Positions 11,198 to 23,200 of a DNA stretch of 64,000 nucleotides are shown one piece after another. The notes under the pieces were generated by a model, which was not told where the DNA came from, did not search any database, and saw only the letters and a program-made list of their open reading frames with translations. The stretch comes from Trichosphaerium sp. ATCC 40318. Its lineage: Eukaryota > Protista > Tubulinea. Numbering within the stretch: position 1 is the first letter of the stretch; each line of letters opens with the position of its first letter. Both the position numbers and the translations under genes were made by a program. The DNA lies in contig JALMLS010000577.1 of NCBI GenBank assembly GCA_038496445.1, positions 124,001-188,000 on the forward strand, given 5' to 3'.

Positions 11198-12500
11198 TTA
11201 ACATACCTTCAAGTTTTCTGACCATAAATGCTAGAGGCTTTATTATTATATCACACACTGCTGACAAAATTATAATTACTTGAGTGTTTAAAATATCATC
11301 AAGGTGAGCAAACACTTTGATGTCCTGTGTTGTATTCTTTTGGCGATGATATTGGGTATGTGCAGCAAACAACAAGGTTTGTCGTTCAGGATCCAAAAAA
11401 TGCTTGAGCAATTTGTATGTGGAGCTCCAACATGTTGCAACATCTGTAGGAAAATAAACTGTTGTTCCGTTGTTAAAATACACTAAAAATCTCTTTGCAG
11501 CTCTGCAGTTTTTATAACACATAACAAATTTTCATAAAGCATTAATGCATGATTCTACACAACGCAAAGCAGCTTTTAGAATGAGTTCTAACATATGACA
11601 ATGGCATCCAAAAGAAACTGCTTTCATATTTTGAGCTAAAACTGACAACTTTTTAAAATCGGCAAAATTGTGCTTGTTGCTCCATGCAACAAGAAGTCTA
11701 CAAGCCTTCTTGATGTTAGCTGCATTGTCAGCTACATAACAAACAGGAGCAATCTTGTATTCTTTTAACACAGAGACAATCAAGTCCTAAAAAAAAATTC
11801 AGTATTTTCGTAACAAAAATAACGAAAACAACAAAAACAAAAAACCAATACAATATCAACCTACACGTATATTTTCAAAAGTGTGGCTAGCATCCAAACG
11901 CTTTTCTCCAAGGCAAATAGACCACAATTGCCAATTTTTATCCACAAACAATGCAGACATACCGCAGACATAATGCTCACCCATGAGCACCATCCCACCC
12001 ATTTGCGACAAACAATGGTCATACATCAGAATTTTGGAGTACAGTTTAGATAATTTCCTTTTGTTTAATAAACTCCATTATTGCCATCTCGTGTACTTTT
12101 TTCCACGTAGAGAGAACATAGCATGAGTTTAATTGCTCACAAAATGTCCTAAAACTGTCTTCTTCTTCATCGTGTTAAATGGTAAACAGAATAAGTATGA
12201 TATTTATGTACCTACCAAAGACCAAGGCTTTACATTTACCAAAATCCAAAAGATCAGTGCATTGTCCAAAGTATTTTGCACTTCTAACGGCAATGCTCCC
12301 TGTGAATATTCCAAAGGATTCCAATGGTTTTCCTTGAGAAGGTACAAGAGCTTTTCCAGACTTTTGAAACTCAGCACAGTTTTTAAAAAGGTGTGCAGTT
12401 AGGTTTGTAGTTGTTGTTAGCCATGTGATCTTACTAAAGGATTTGATAACTTCAAAAATAATAATACAACCATTTTTTTTAAACATGATGGTAGTGCCCA
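11198..12500 (-). pseudogene. hAT transposase relic (BED-finger remnant to the mid catalytic domain)
   Basis: TTNLTAHLFKNC; GW...MSALFVDKNWQL..SHTFENI; VADNAANIKKACRLL; FGCHCHMLEL; DVATCWSSTYKLLKHFL (canonical TRW.STY.ML.RF). Frameshifted and cut off by the TIR at 11197. Confidence 0.9.
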
Positions 12501-12830
12501 AATCCTCAGTCTATTTTTAGCTAATTGTTTATCTACACCAGCCAACTTGAAGGTGCCAACATCTAATAACCCCTCATATGCTCAATGACCACAATTGGAG
12601 CTAATCATGCAAGAGCATGGTGAGCAAATTTGCTTACATAACTGTAATACAGAAAGTATTGCTCTGTTTGCTAAGGTTCAAGCATAAGGGCAGACAGTTT
12701 ACCCTGGCCACTGTCAAGATTTGTTGAAGATATGTAAATTACAATAAATACTCAATGGACTACAACGTGTACTGATTTATTTACAATTACAATTTAGAGA
12801 TTAATACACATATTTAACATTATAAAACCA

Positions 12831-15800
12831 TTAATTACTTCGCACACCCAAAGCATCCAAATAGCGGCCAAAAGGCTTTTCACTAATTTCCCAGCCAGCT
12901 TGCTTGGACAAGGCACTGTGCAACTTTTCTTCCTTCTCATTTGTTGGCTTCCAATATTTAAATGCGGCTTTCATTGGCCCTGCCTCTGCTTGCCACTCTT
13001 GTTCTGCAAGGCATTTCATCTGCAAACAAGTTAGTTTGAACAGCAAAGAGTGAGGTGTTACCTGAGCAATAAAAAAAGCAATCTGCTGATTAAAATTTTG
13101 AATGTCTCTATCGAGGTCATCACGCAATGTTGGCGGTGTTGGTTTTTGGTTGTGTACGTCACTCAATATCCACTCTACACCAAAACTACACAACAAGAGT
13201 AAATAACTATAGGAGAGCACCAAGAGACGGACCTGTAGGCCTTTTTGCTGTGTGCAATGTCAAGGTGGCAAGGGACTCCCTGACGGAAGTTCTTGTACCA
13301 TTTATACAGGCTCTTTAGATTAAGACCCCATGGACTGTCTTTGAGGACTTGCCCCTTTATGCCCAACGATAATAAAAATGCTGGAAAGCTCAAAACATCC
13401 TTTAAAATAATATTAGAAGGCACAAAAAATTAGAAGAGTTGCGCTCGGCTATAAAATAAAGGCAAAAGGTGAGTACGTACCACAAGCTTATGCGTATCAA
13501 AGAGCAGTTGCACCAGTTTGTCCTGTGCCACCACTTCCCAAATGTCCTTGTGTACCCACATATTGGAGTAACTGTCATCCTATAGCGACTTGGTTAATCA
13601 CTGAATAAAAAAAACAAAAAAGCACATACAGCCGCTAAAAACCTGAGAAGATCTACGTTGTGACCTTCATTCTTCATCCTGACTGAGAAAAGAATTGCTT
13701 CTTCGATAAAATTGCGAGGGTTCTTCCACGTTGAACTGAAACGTCACGCGCTATAAGCACACAGAACAAAAAAAAAAAAGCTTGTGCGTACCTCTTTTCG
13801 AACTTGTCAATGTGCTTTGGATGAACATAAACGCCTCTGGACATATTGGGGTGGTCCACAAAATCTAGCGTGGCCGAAAACAGGTCAGCTATACTATCAC
13901 CGTAGCTCGCCACTGCGGCAATCTTGACACCATTCGCAAGAATACTGGACACCGCCTCTGTGTAGCGTTGGTAGCCCTCATCGTGAATGTGCAGAACGTC
14001 CATGTCGTTCGCAGGATCGAAAGGACCTACACGAGAAGTCACAGGACCATGAATACCTGCCAAAGACACTATCCCAACTCTTTGTTTGTCGGGTCTGATG
14101 ATGCCTAATAGTAATGGTCTGTTAGCGCTACTGGTCCCTTTTGCAACAGTAAATAATGTACGCACCTCGCTTTATCAAATCGGCAATGAGAATAGTGGCA
14201 ATTGGGGCGCCTTGGGAGTGTGTTGTGACGATAACAATGTTGCTTTGAATAATGCACTGGCGAAGTTTTTGTTCTGAAATGATCTGCTTCTTCAACGCTT
14301 TCAGTCGCATTGTTGTGCTTCCAGAGTTGGCGAGAGGGTACGATGTGATCATTGCGCCTGGAAGGTACTCTTTGATGGCGTCTCTGGTCAGATTGCACAA
14401 CCGTTTGGCAGCCTGCAATGACTCCATGTCTGCGCTCGATCGCACAGTGTGTGAGTGCCTTGCGAATGACAAGTCTGGTGCCCAGCCGTTGCATCCAAGA
14501 ATGCAAACTGTCTTGAGTTCATCCAGAGCGAATGTTGGCGATATCTCGTGTACACCTGGGAAGAATACGCGATCGTCTGCAACATGATAGTATACTGGTT
14601 CTTCTGTCCTTGGAGATTCGTCTTCTTCCTATTATAACATGGTTATTATTATATTACAATACTAATTATAATAAATACTGCTTGCACAGCTTTATTGGTC
14701 AGTTCAAAAAGTGGGTTGAAGTACCTTTAGAGAGAGCACAGTCAGTCTTCCCTGCAAACCCTCCAACTCTGTTTTTAATTGTTCGTCCTGTTCATCAGAT
14801 TTGAGTACCATATCGCTTACAGCCGTCTTTAAATCAGTCAATTCTTCCTCTATCTTCTCCTTGTGCAGCTCAGAGTTGCGTATGTGCTCCTTTAGCGCCT
14901 CAAGTATGATGGGCACGAGGTCTATGTATGAAATGCTCAAAAAACCAGTTTCCTCGTCTTCTGTGACGACATCAGGCAGAACACGCCGAACTTCTTGTGC
15001 AATCAATCCAATAACCTTTCTGCCACCGGTGTGTCGTTCAAAGTCAGTATTCTCCTTCCACCGGTAAGTTTTACCCTGCAACTTGGTGACAATATCTATC
15101 GCATCCACAATATCTTCAATATCCTTTTTCAGCCTAATATCAGAGTGTTGCAAGTACCCCTAAAAGCAAGGACAAAGGTGTAAGCAGGAGAGCATCCAAA
15201 CAACAACAAAAACCGTGGGTACCTGAGCACGAACGACGCCATTCACTTGCAAAGAGCCTGGGAGGTAATAATCCATGCCATTGGCGTGCCTAGGGACGGA
15301 TGGTGCCATTGGTTTTTGTGATTCAACTTTAATCTTCCTCTTTTTCGTGGCTGGTTGATACGTGTAAGCGGATGTGTGCGGTGCCAATTGGTCTGCAAAT
15401 ATATTCTGGTTCAAGTCCATCATCCCATTGGCAGGCAGCGTCGATTGGCTCATGCCTTGCGTCAAATCGCTAAGCATGCCCAATTGATTGATGCCATTGT
15501 TGTGTATGGTGCGTTGTGCCGGTAGAGCGCTTGTAAATGTAGGTACTGGCGAAACGATGGTGGGTCTGGTGTTTATAGGCGCCTTGTGAGACAATGATGG
15601 GAATGGGTTGCCCATCCCGCCGTTACTGCTAGGTTGTGGATGATTGTCCAGTAACTCGCGTGCAAACTTATCTAGATCTACATTGATCGTCTGGGAACGT
15701 GCCCTAAAACTGAGTTAAGAAGACCACACGTGCACGCACATACAAAACTAGCTGAACAAAATAATAAAATCTTTTTAGAGAGCGCTGTACCTAGGCTTGC

Positions 15801-16708
15801 CACTATCATGGGTAGAAAACTGAATAGTCTTTCCTGTTACAATCTGACTCATAGACTTTACGACCACGTGAAACTGAAGGTTTTTGCAGAGATCATAAAT
15901 CTTAACTTCAAGCTGCAATAAAAAAAAAACACGTAAGTTAGGATGCAACACGCCTACTGAACACGGGAAATTGTAGTGTGTACCTCCGTGTATGATCCCT
16001 CAGGCGTTGTTTCGTGTTTGTGATTGTCAAACGCGATTTTGCGCACCACGCAACAGTCCTTGGTGATTTCGTAGAGTGAAACACGAATGTCTTCGAACTG
16101 ATAAATTTCGCGTGACTTGATTGTCAGCTTTAACTTTTTCCCAACTTGCTTTGTTACGCGCAGTAGTTCCATTGAAGTAATTTGATGCCACTCGCCTTTG
16201 CGTCCTGGGTTTTTTTTTTGTTAGTTCTCGAAACACTTGAACTGAAACGTTTTGCGCAACAGCCATTTTTTTTTCTTGCTATTCTTTTGGTTGAATGGCG
16301 CTCATGAGTGTTTTAACAAAAAATATTTTTTTGTAGAGTACGTTTTTGTTAAACAGAAATTGTACCTCGTTGTTTTTGATACAACCCGACTGTCAAGGCA
16401 TCACTATTAACGAGTAAGAAACGCAACACAAAAAGTAAAAAAAAACGCTTACGGACGAAAATCCATTGAAGGTCTGCCATGATTTCCAATGGGCGAGAGC
16501 GTTTGTGGTGTTAAAGTTGGGGGCTCAGACTCTGCGTCTAATGATACAGATGTAGGAGTGCCTTGATCGGGAATATAATAGTCAAATAGCTCTTCTAGCG
16601 GCTGATCATCGAACATATCGCCTGTTATAACAGTTAATGCCGTGAACAATTTATTCACTTCTACTTACTAGCATCTAGCTCCATCTTAACGATCGAACCT
16701 AATTCCAT
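12831..16708 (-). CDS. Putative self-cleaving transcription factor: unclassified N-terminal beta-rich domain + NLS + Peptidase S74 (ICA) + coiled coil + YML020W-like alpha/beta-hydrolase
   Basis: Consecutive GT-AG introns keep one frame from ATG 16708 to TAA 12831. S74 motifs: GSLQVNGVVRAQGYLQH-SDIRLKKDI, YRWK, IGLIAQEV..VLPDVV. Hydrolase motifs: THSQG, LAGIHGP, VASYGDSI, HPNMSRGVYV, FKYWKPT. The junction between the halves (intron 14629-14724) is predicted only. Confidence 0.7.
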
Positions 16709-17041
16709 ACGAGGTGCCTTGCCCCGATTGTATTCGGGTAGAATTTTGGGTCAAATTTTTACAAAACCCGAATTTTTCACGGTCAAAATCCACCTGATTT
16801 TTCAGGAGATCAAAGAAACAGTAACAAAAAACAATCAACATTTGGCATCAGTGCAACTCCACCGTGATGTTTTTTAAAACACCCGATACTTGAAAGCATT
16901 CGCATAAAACACGTGTGCCATCACCCTTCCCTGCATTAAACGTGGCTGCATTTCACGTGCTTTCGTATTCCTTGCAGGTTGAGATGAATTGTCTGCCACT
17001 TCTCACACTGGGTGTGGTGAGTATTGGGTTTTTTTATAAAA

Positions 17042-19233
17042 TTACAAGTGTAAATTGGGTACAGTCCATGATTGCGGTAGGGACACGTCCATAGCGTGTG
17101 TGGGTAACTAGAAACAACGACTTAGCCTCAGTAAGTACGTCAAGCGCTTTGTACCGTTATGCCCACGATCCTACGCCGTATGCGTCGTCTGGCTAATTTA
17201 TACAAAGGCGTGTATTCCACTTGTGATGGCTGTCGCGTTTTGATAGGATGCAGACGTTCCACTGAAGGCTTCGTCATGACCTTCGCCAAACCACCGAAAA
17301 CCGACTCTGTTGCGCTTACTAACAACCTACGCGGAGTGAGGACTTTGCCCGTGGATTAGTACTACCTCTGTTCTGCTTTTTTCTGTGGATTGTACAGCTC
17401 CCAATCTTGGTCAGGGTATAGCGTCTTCAAAGCCTTAGGCCAATATGGCAGTACGCCTGCACCACCTCGCTTTAATATTTGGCGCTTGGACACTCTGTAC
17501 CTGTTATTCAATGTGTTAACCAAATAGAATGAATAAGCAAGAAAAATAGAGCACCATGCTGCTGGATTAGTAATGTGAAGTGTCTCCGCAATATTGTTTA
17601 AAAAGTGCTTTACGTTGGTGCCACCTTGCCAATATTTGTTTTCTTTGTACTCTAGTGTACGCCATGATTCGTTGGGATAGAGCACACGTAAAGCCTTGTA
17701 CAAAGAGCCGTCATATCTAACCAATTGTAGTCAGCAACTGAACACAAGTTCAGTGGGTTGCACCTGTGCAAGATATGTCTGCCACCAACTGCTTCTAAAC
17801 CACGCGTGGTTACGCCAACCCACCCTTCAACCGTCTTTACATTCAGCTTTTGTGCTAGGCGAGACATCCACAAACGTTGATTAGACAGAAGATGCTCTGA
17901 AGCTCGTTTCCTGGTATAACGTTACTTTCATGCTTGTCGTGCAAGTTAGCGTGCGCACTTAAACCGCATCTTCATCCACTTCATCTTCGGATATAAAACG
18001 GATAATGTATCCTTCAGGGAGCCAAACCTGATAACGTATCATTTAGAAAGAAAATCCCCAAACTCTCCATAGGGGGTGTACTTAGGGAGATGACTTACTT
18101 TGCTACTATTTTAATGGCAGCTGTAGGTGCTAGCAATGCCTTGTTGATGTGATACCAATCCTCTACTAGTTTAACATTCAATTGCTGACCAGCTTGATCG
18201 AACACACGGCGTTGATTCTCGACGTCATCCAAGTAACCTTTAGGTGTTGCTCTACGTGAGTAAATGTAAGTACGACATGGCTTGGTAAAGCGTGAATCGC
18301 ACGTGAATAAGGAAAGGCGCCATGAGAAGTTGGGGTATATTGCAGCCAGTGCGCGTGGCAAGCTCGAGTCATACGGCTCCAAGATGGCGGCCATGCGTGC
18401 ATCCACGTTCAGTAAGCGCTGTAGATCAACTCTGTACCACAGGTCCAGAGTTTTTAGATTCAATATAGCGGCTGCTTCTTCAAATCTTAGTCTTTGGTTG
18501 CTTACATCGTGCCAAAAACGCTGAGGGGCACTCCTGCATTGCAAATATTAGCAACTTGGTTTCACAACTAATGATACAACGCACACAAACCGCCACGGGT
18601 TCCATAAATGCGCTGGAAAAATAGATTCTAAAGCAGTTGATATCGAGCCAGCGAATCTGTTCAAGTTGATTAACCTCAGGCATGCACCGCTCTACGCACT
18701 TGTCGATTACCCTGGAGAATCCCAGGTCTGCAAAGTCACGCTTACGAACTCTATACCAATCGTCTAGAGACTTGATGGCGAGCTCTTCTCCCACAAAATC
18801 GAAAACGTGTAAAAGTGCTTCTCTACTGGTCCAGTGGTTGCGCGGTACAATCCTTGTCGTACATTAGTATAACAACGAAGAATTGGTCCTTAATGCAAGT
18901 CAATCGCACCTGAAGCGTGACACATCCCACACGTGATTTCTATAAATATTGGATAAAGCGCTTGACAACGAGCCACTGTAATACCTTAACAACCAGCAGT
19001 CAGATTTCAGTTTTATGCGATTGCACAATGAAAAACTCTATATACCCGCACAACACCTTTTTTCCGCCCACGGCACATACGTCAGCGCCCGTGGCGTAGT
19101 ACCAGTCGTCAACAACCTTTACTTCTAATCGCTCACCAACTTGATCAAACAAGTGACGTTGGTACTCCTCCTTATTACAATTGCTTTGTGTAGTGCGAAT
19201 TTGGCGCTTATTCGCGAGTAAGGTGGTTCGCAT
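17042..19233 (-). CDS. Tandem ~70-aa Trp-rich helical repeat protein, possibly mitochondrial
   Basis: About six repeats of P..(F/Y)W......R..FD.....L.....DDWY.V.......GG...L..Y.GSL..AL..(I/L)YP...W. The N-terminus MRTTLLANKRQIRTT is basic with no acidic residues. Confidence 0.7.
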
Positions 19234-19377
19234 AGTTTAATAATTGCGCAACTGTACGCGCCATAACTACAACAGCTACAATTTCACTGTATCAGCGTCG
19301 AAAGATTGGCTTAGCGTCATTAACGGTCTTTTGGGTCAAAAATTTGTATGAACAAAATTGCTACGTAAGCACAATAA

Positions 19378-20095
19378 ATGTACAGCGAAGCGCAGTACAC
19401 CAACAATTTTGGCGGAGAAGGCTTCCAAAATGGTGGTTTCGATGATGAATACGCCAATGAACCGCCATTGCTCGAAGAGCTTGGTATTAACTTCCCTCAT
19501 ATACGACAAAAGACGTACAACGTATTAAACCCGTTCAGCAAGATAGAAAGGGAAGTGATGGAGGATTCAGACCTGTCAGGCCCTCTAGTGTTCTGTCTTA
19601 TATTTGGTTCCGCTCTTCTCATGGTACAAGAGGCTGTGATAACACTTCTAAATTGTAACTAATGTATTTTGGTGATTTAGACAGGCAAGGTGCATTTTGG
19701 TTATGTCTATGGCTTCGGTAGCATAGGTTGCGCGTCATTGTACATGGTGCTTAGTCTAATGGGCGACGTGTCGATCGACATTTTGCGCACTGTGAGCATA
19801 CTAGGCTATTGTCTCCTACCCATGGTTATGCTTGCAATCGTTGCGATAGTATTACCCATGACGTACGCCCTTTTAAAAAGCAGCCTGCTTAAATCACTAA
19901 AACCGTTTTTTTTAACTGTTTCTTTTTTGTAGAGAATTGATAGGCATCATTCTCACAGTTCTTTGCGTCGCGTGGTGTACCCAGTCTTCTGCTCTCATGT
20001 TCACAACAGCACTAGATATGAAGGAACGTACACTGCTAGTAGCGTACCCACTAGCTTTGTTTTACGCTTGCTTTGCACTCCTTACAATTTTTTAA
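19378..20095 (+). CDS. YIP1: Yip1 domain protein (YIPF5/Yip1)
   Basis: EPPLLEELGINF.HI, DLSGPLVFCL, GKVHFGYVYG, SILGYCLLP, LVAYPLALFYACF. Confidence 0.95.
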
Positions 20096-20221
20096 ACCAA
20101 CAATCCACACAACGAACTAAACCTCAAAAAAAAGCTGACGTGCATGTACATAACAAAGAAAAAGTCTAGCTTTTACCACACCCCGCTGCAACACTTGATT
20201 TATTGCTCGTTCCAAAGCGCT

Positions 20222-23200
20222 TCACTCTTCGGCACGTAGCTTGTGTGTCATCTTGAGAATGTTTTGTAGTAAAATGTTGGCAATTACACGAGGTCCTGCA
20301 CGCGCTCCCTGCACTATTAAAGGAAAATCTTCGTACATCTTGGTAGTAAATGCGAACAGCACGCAACTTCCCTGCAATCTTTTTTTTTAAGGCAGTAAGT
20401 TAGCACGTGATTACAGAAACCGTTAAATTTTGTTACGTACTTTGAGGCTGGGTGATCTTGCGTAACTTCGACTGGTCCCACAACGACTGATGGATTGTCG
20501 CAGTTCAGTGATATTTTGGTGAGGTATCTAAGCACCTTGTTTTCCGCTTTGAGAGACTCCACGCGCTCAGCCAAAGAGCTTCCAATGGTTTCAAGATGCT
20601 TTAATAAGTCTTCATTTGATTTTGCAGTTTTGAGATGTTGTTCTGGCACGAGTGGCTCTATCTTGACCTGATCTAGTGTAATGTCCAATCCCAACTCACG
20701 TGCCAATATTAGCGACTTTCTAGCAGCGTCTAATCCGGATAGATCATCCACCAACGATCCAACATAGCCTGCACACTAATTAAACACGTGTGCACACATA
20801 ACGTGATTTTTTTTGTTAGCAGGGAAAAACATACCTAGTCTGATAGCCTCCTCTGTTGCCTCAAGTAACGTCTTTCCATCAGACATTTTGGACGTAATGT
20901 AGCCAAGGGTACCTGATAGAGAGCCTTCAAAACAACGTATCGTATCGCCGCTGCGACGAAGGCTGATTATAGTATCGGTGATGGGTAGTGTAGTACCCAC
21001 TGTAGGCTGCCAACATGATCGTTAGTGTCTTGCATGTGGCGGCAATAGTGCCTACTGGCTACGTGGAACGCACCTCAAAATTGAATATTCTGTGATGTTT
21101 GGCAGCTTGGTTTTTTATGTCTCTGTATGTACTTAGAGAAGTGTTCGCCAAAGAAGTTTTGTTTGATGTTGTGACGTGAATGCCAGTCTTTAAAGCGTCC
21201 ATGTAAGCGCTTGTCATGTTTTTATCGCCACAGTTGTTGCAATCGATAAGAATGGGCACGGATAGGCGCCTAAGATGGGCGGTGACTTGCTGCCAATTGA
21301 TGAGATTATTTTTGGTTGTAGGTTGAACGTCTCCATCTTGTAACATTTGCTTGCAAGCCTCAACAGAAAGGCCTCTACTATCGAACAGAAATCCAGCAGT
21401 GACAGTGCCAACACCAACAACACGGAGTTCTACAGCATGTTCTTTTTTCAAATAGTGTTGTTGTGTTTTAATTTGCTCCATAAGACGAAGCGGTACTGCA
21501 CCTGTAAGGCAATCATTAGCTTTTTGACAGTACTGCTTTGGCTCTTGAGGTTGATGACGCATACCTTTACCACAAATTACAAGCGCTACCTCCTGATGTG
21601 CAAAATTGAAGGCTGCGTGGACTGTACGTACAGCCGTTTTTGTGTCTTTTGCATCAATGACGCAACTGATGGATCTTGATGTACCTCCTAAGAGTTGCAA
21701 TTTAATTTACAGCTTTTTTGGTATTTTCAAGTAAAGTTACCTTGAGCAATGGCAAACACTTCAATACCGACCTGGTACAGAGCGCCAAAGAATTTCCCTG
21801 CGAAGCTCTCAGCGATCTCTTCAGCAACAAGACTCAATAGTGTTACACCTTGTTAAGAAAAGGGTAGAGTTAGCGAGGATGACATTGCCATCGTAGTACA
21901 AAAACAGCAAAACTAACCTTTTTTGACAGCTAATGGTTCTATTTCATGCCTCTCGAACTCTATTTGGAAAGCATTTTGAATGACAAGCGTAGCCCTTTCA
22001 AGCTCTTGTTCCGGTATAACAGCTGTGATAGCTTGTCCATGTGCCGCTTGTGTTGCCATCCAAATTGTGACACCTGCCTGTTGAAGCGCTTTGAGAACAC
22101 GATATCCCATGCGTGCTTGCATTTGGAGCTGTCTCCATCGCACTGTAACAGTCGCTAATTTTTCTAATGAGGTGACACACGTTGGCTTATCCGCAGATCT
22201 GAAAACAAAAAGCCAATAAATATAAAGGATGGTGTCATAAAGACACTAGACATGTTTAAATGCATACCGAATTCCAGTGCTATCAACCACAGTGCCTGGA
22301 TCATTTGGGTCCCTGGTACTCCTGATACGAAGCGGTATACCTAATACAATAAATCAATGACCAGCTAAGTATTGGTGATTGAGGGGGTGGTGAGCCAAAA
22401 TGTGATTGTACCAGATTCCATCAATGGCAACATTGTTCTTGGATGGAACATGCGTGCGCCATAGTTGGCCAATTCAAGAGCTTCTAAATAACTTAAAAAG
22501 GGAACTTGAATGGCATTGTGTATGATATTAGGATCTGCCGTCATTACTCTGTAAACGGACAAGTTAGACCTACTAGTTAGCGTATTGGTTGCTCACCCAT
22601 TAATGTCCGTGTTAATAACAACTTCTACAGCGCCAATAGCACGACCTATCAGAGTGGCTGTATAATCGGATCCATTTCTACCTAGTGTTGTAGTCTTGCC
22701 GTCCTCAGTCATCCCAATGAACCCTAAAACACGTTAGTAATCAGGTTGCATGCCTGCGCAATACCTGTCACAACTGGTAGTGCGCCACCACACTCTTCGG
22801 TGAGCTTGAGTATGTTCTGCTTGGAGCGGTCCCAATAAACTCTAGTAGCAATGTCAGCACCATGGTGTACAGAAAAAACAGGAGTAATGAGCAGTACCTT
22901 GCGTGGCCGTATGTGTCATCGGTGATTATCAATTTGCGTGCATCTACGCTCATTGCAGGGACGCCCCACACTTTCAATAGCCATGATACAATCACGCTGG
23001 ATAATCTTTCGCCAAAAGATAATGCCTAAGTGTTCTTCTTGTCAATGTGACGACACGGTATAGTGGTGATTTAGGTAGATGACTATGCGTACCAAGTCTT
23101 CAACTGATTTGGACGCCTCCCTCAACAAACTGACGCCCAGTAACACTTGGCGAAGCGGTTTAAGCATATGACGCATTTCTTTTGCAATGTCAGACGTCTC

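Noticed and set aside
16206-16266. Apparent frameshift at an A10 run between ORFs 16027-16266 and 15954-16172
   Set aside because: CTAAC-A10-CCCAG is the branch point and acceptor of intron 16365-16206; splicing gives QKQRGRKGEW in frame.
16911-16960. CACGTG E-boxes upstream of several genes
   Set aside because: The hexamer is also frequent in introns and exons here; enrichment cannot be shown without counting.
21503-21565. 21-aa insertion in the HSDH nucleotide-binding loop
   Set aside because: It is a stop-free, in-frame GTATGC...CTAAT...TACAG intron.
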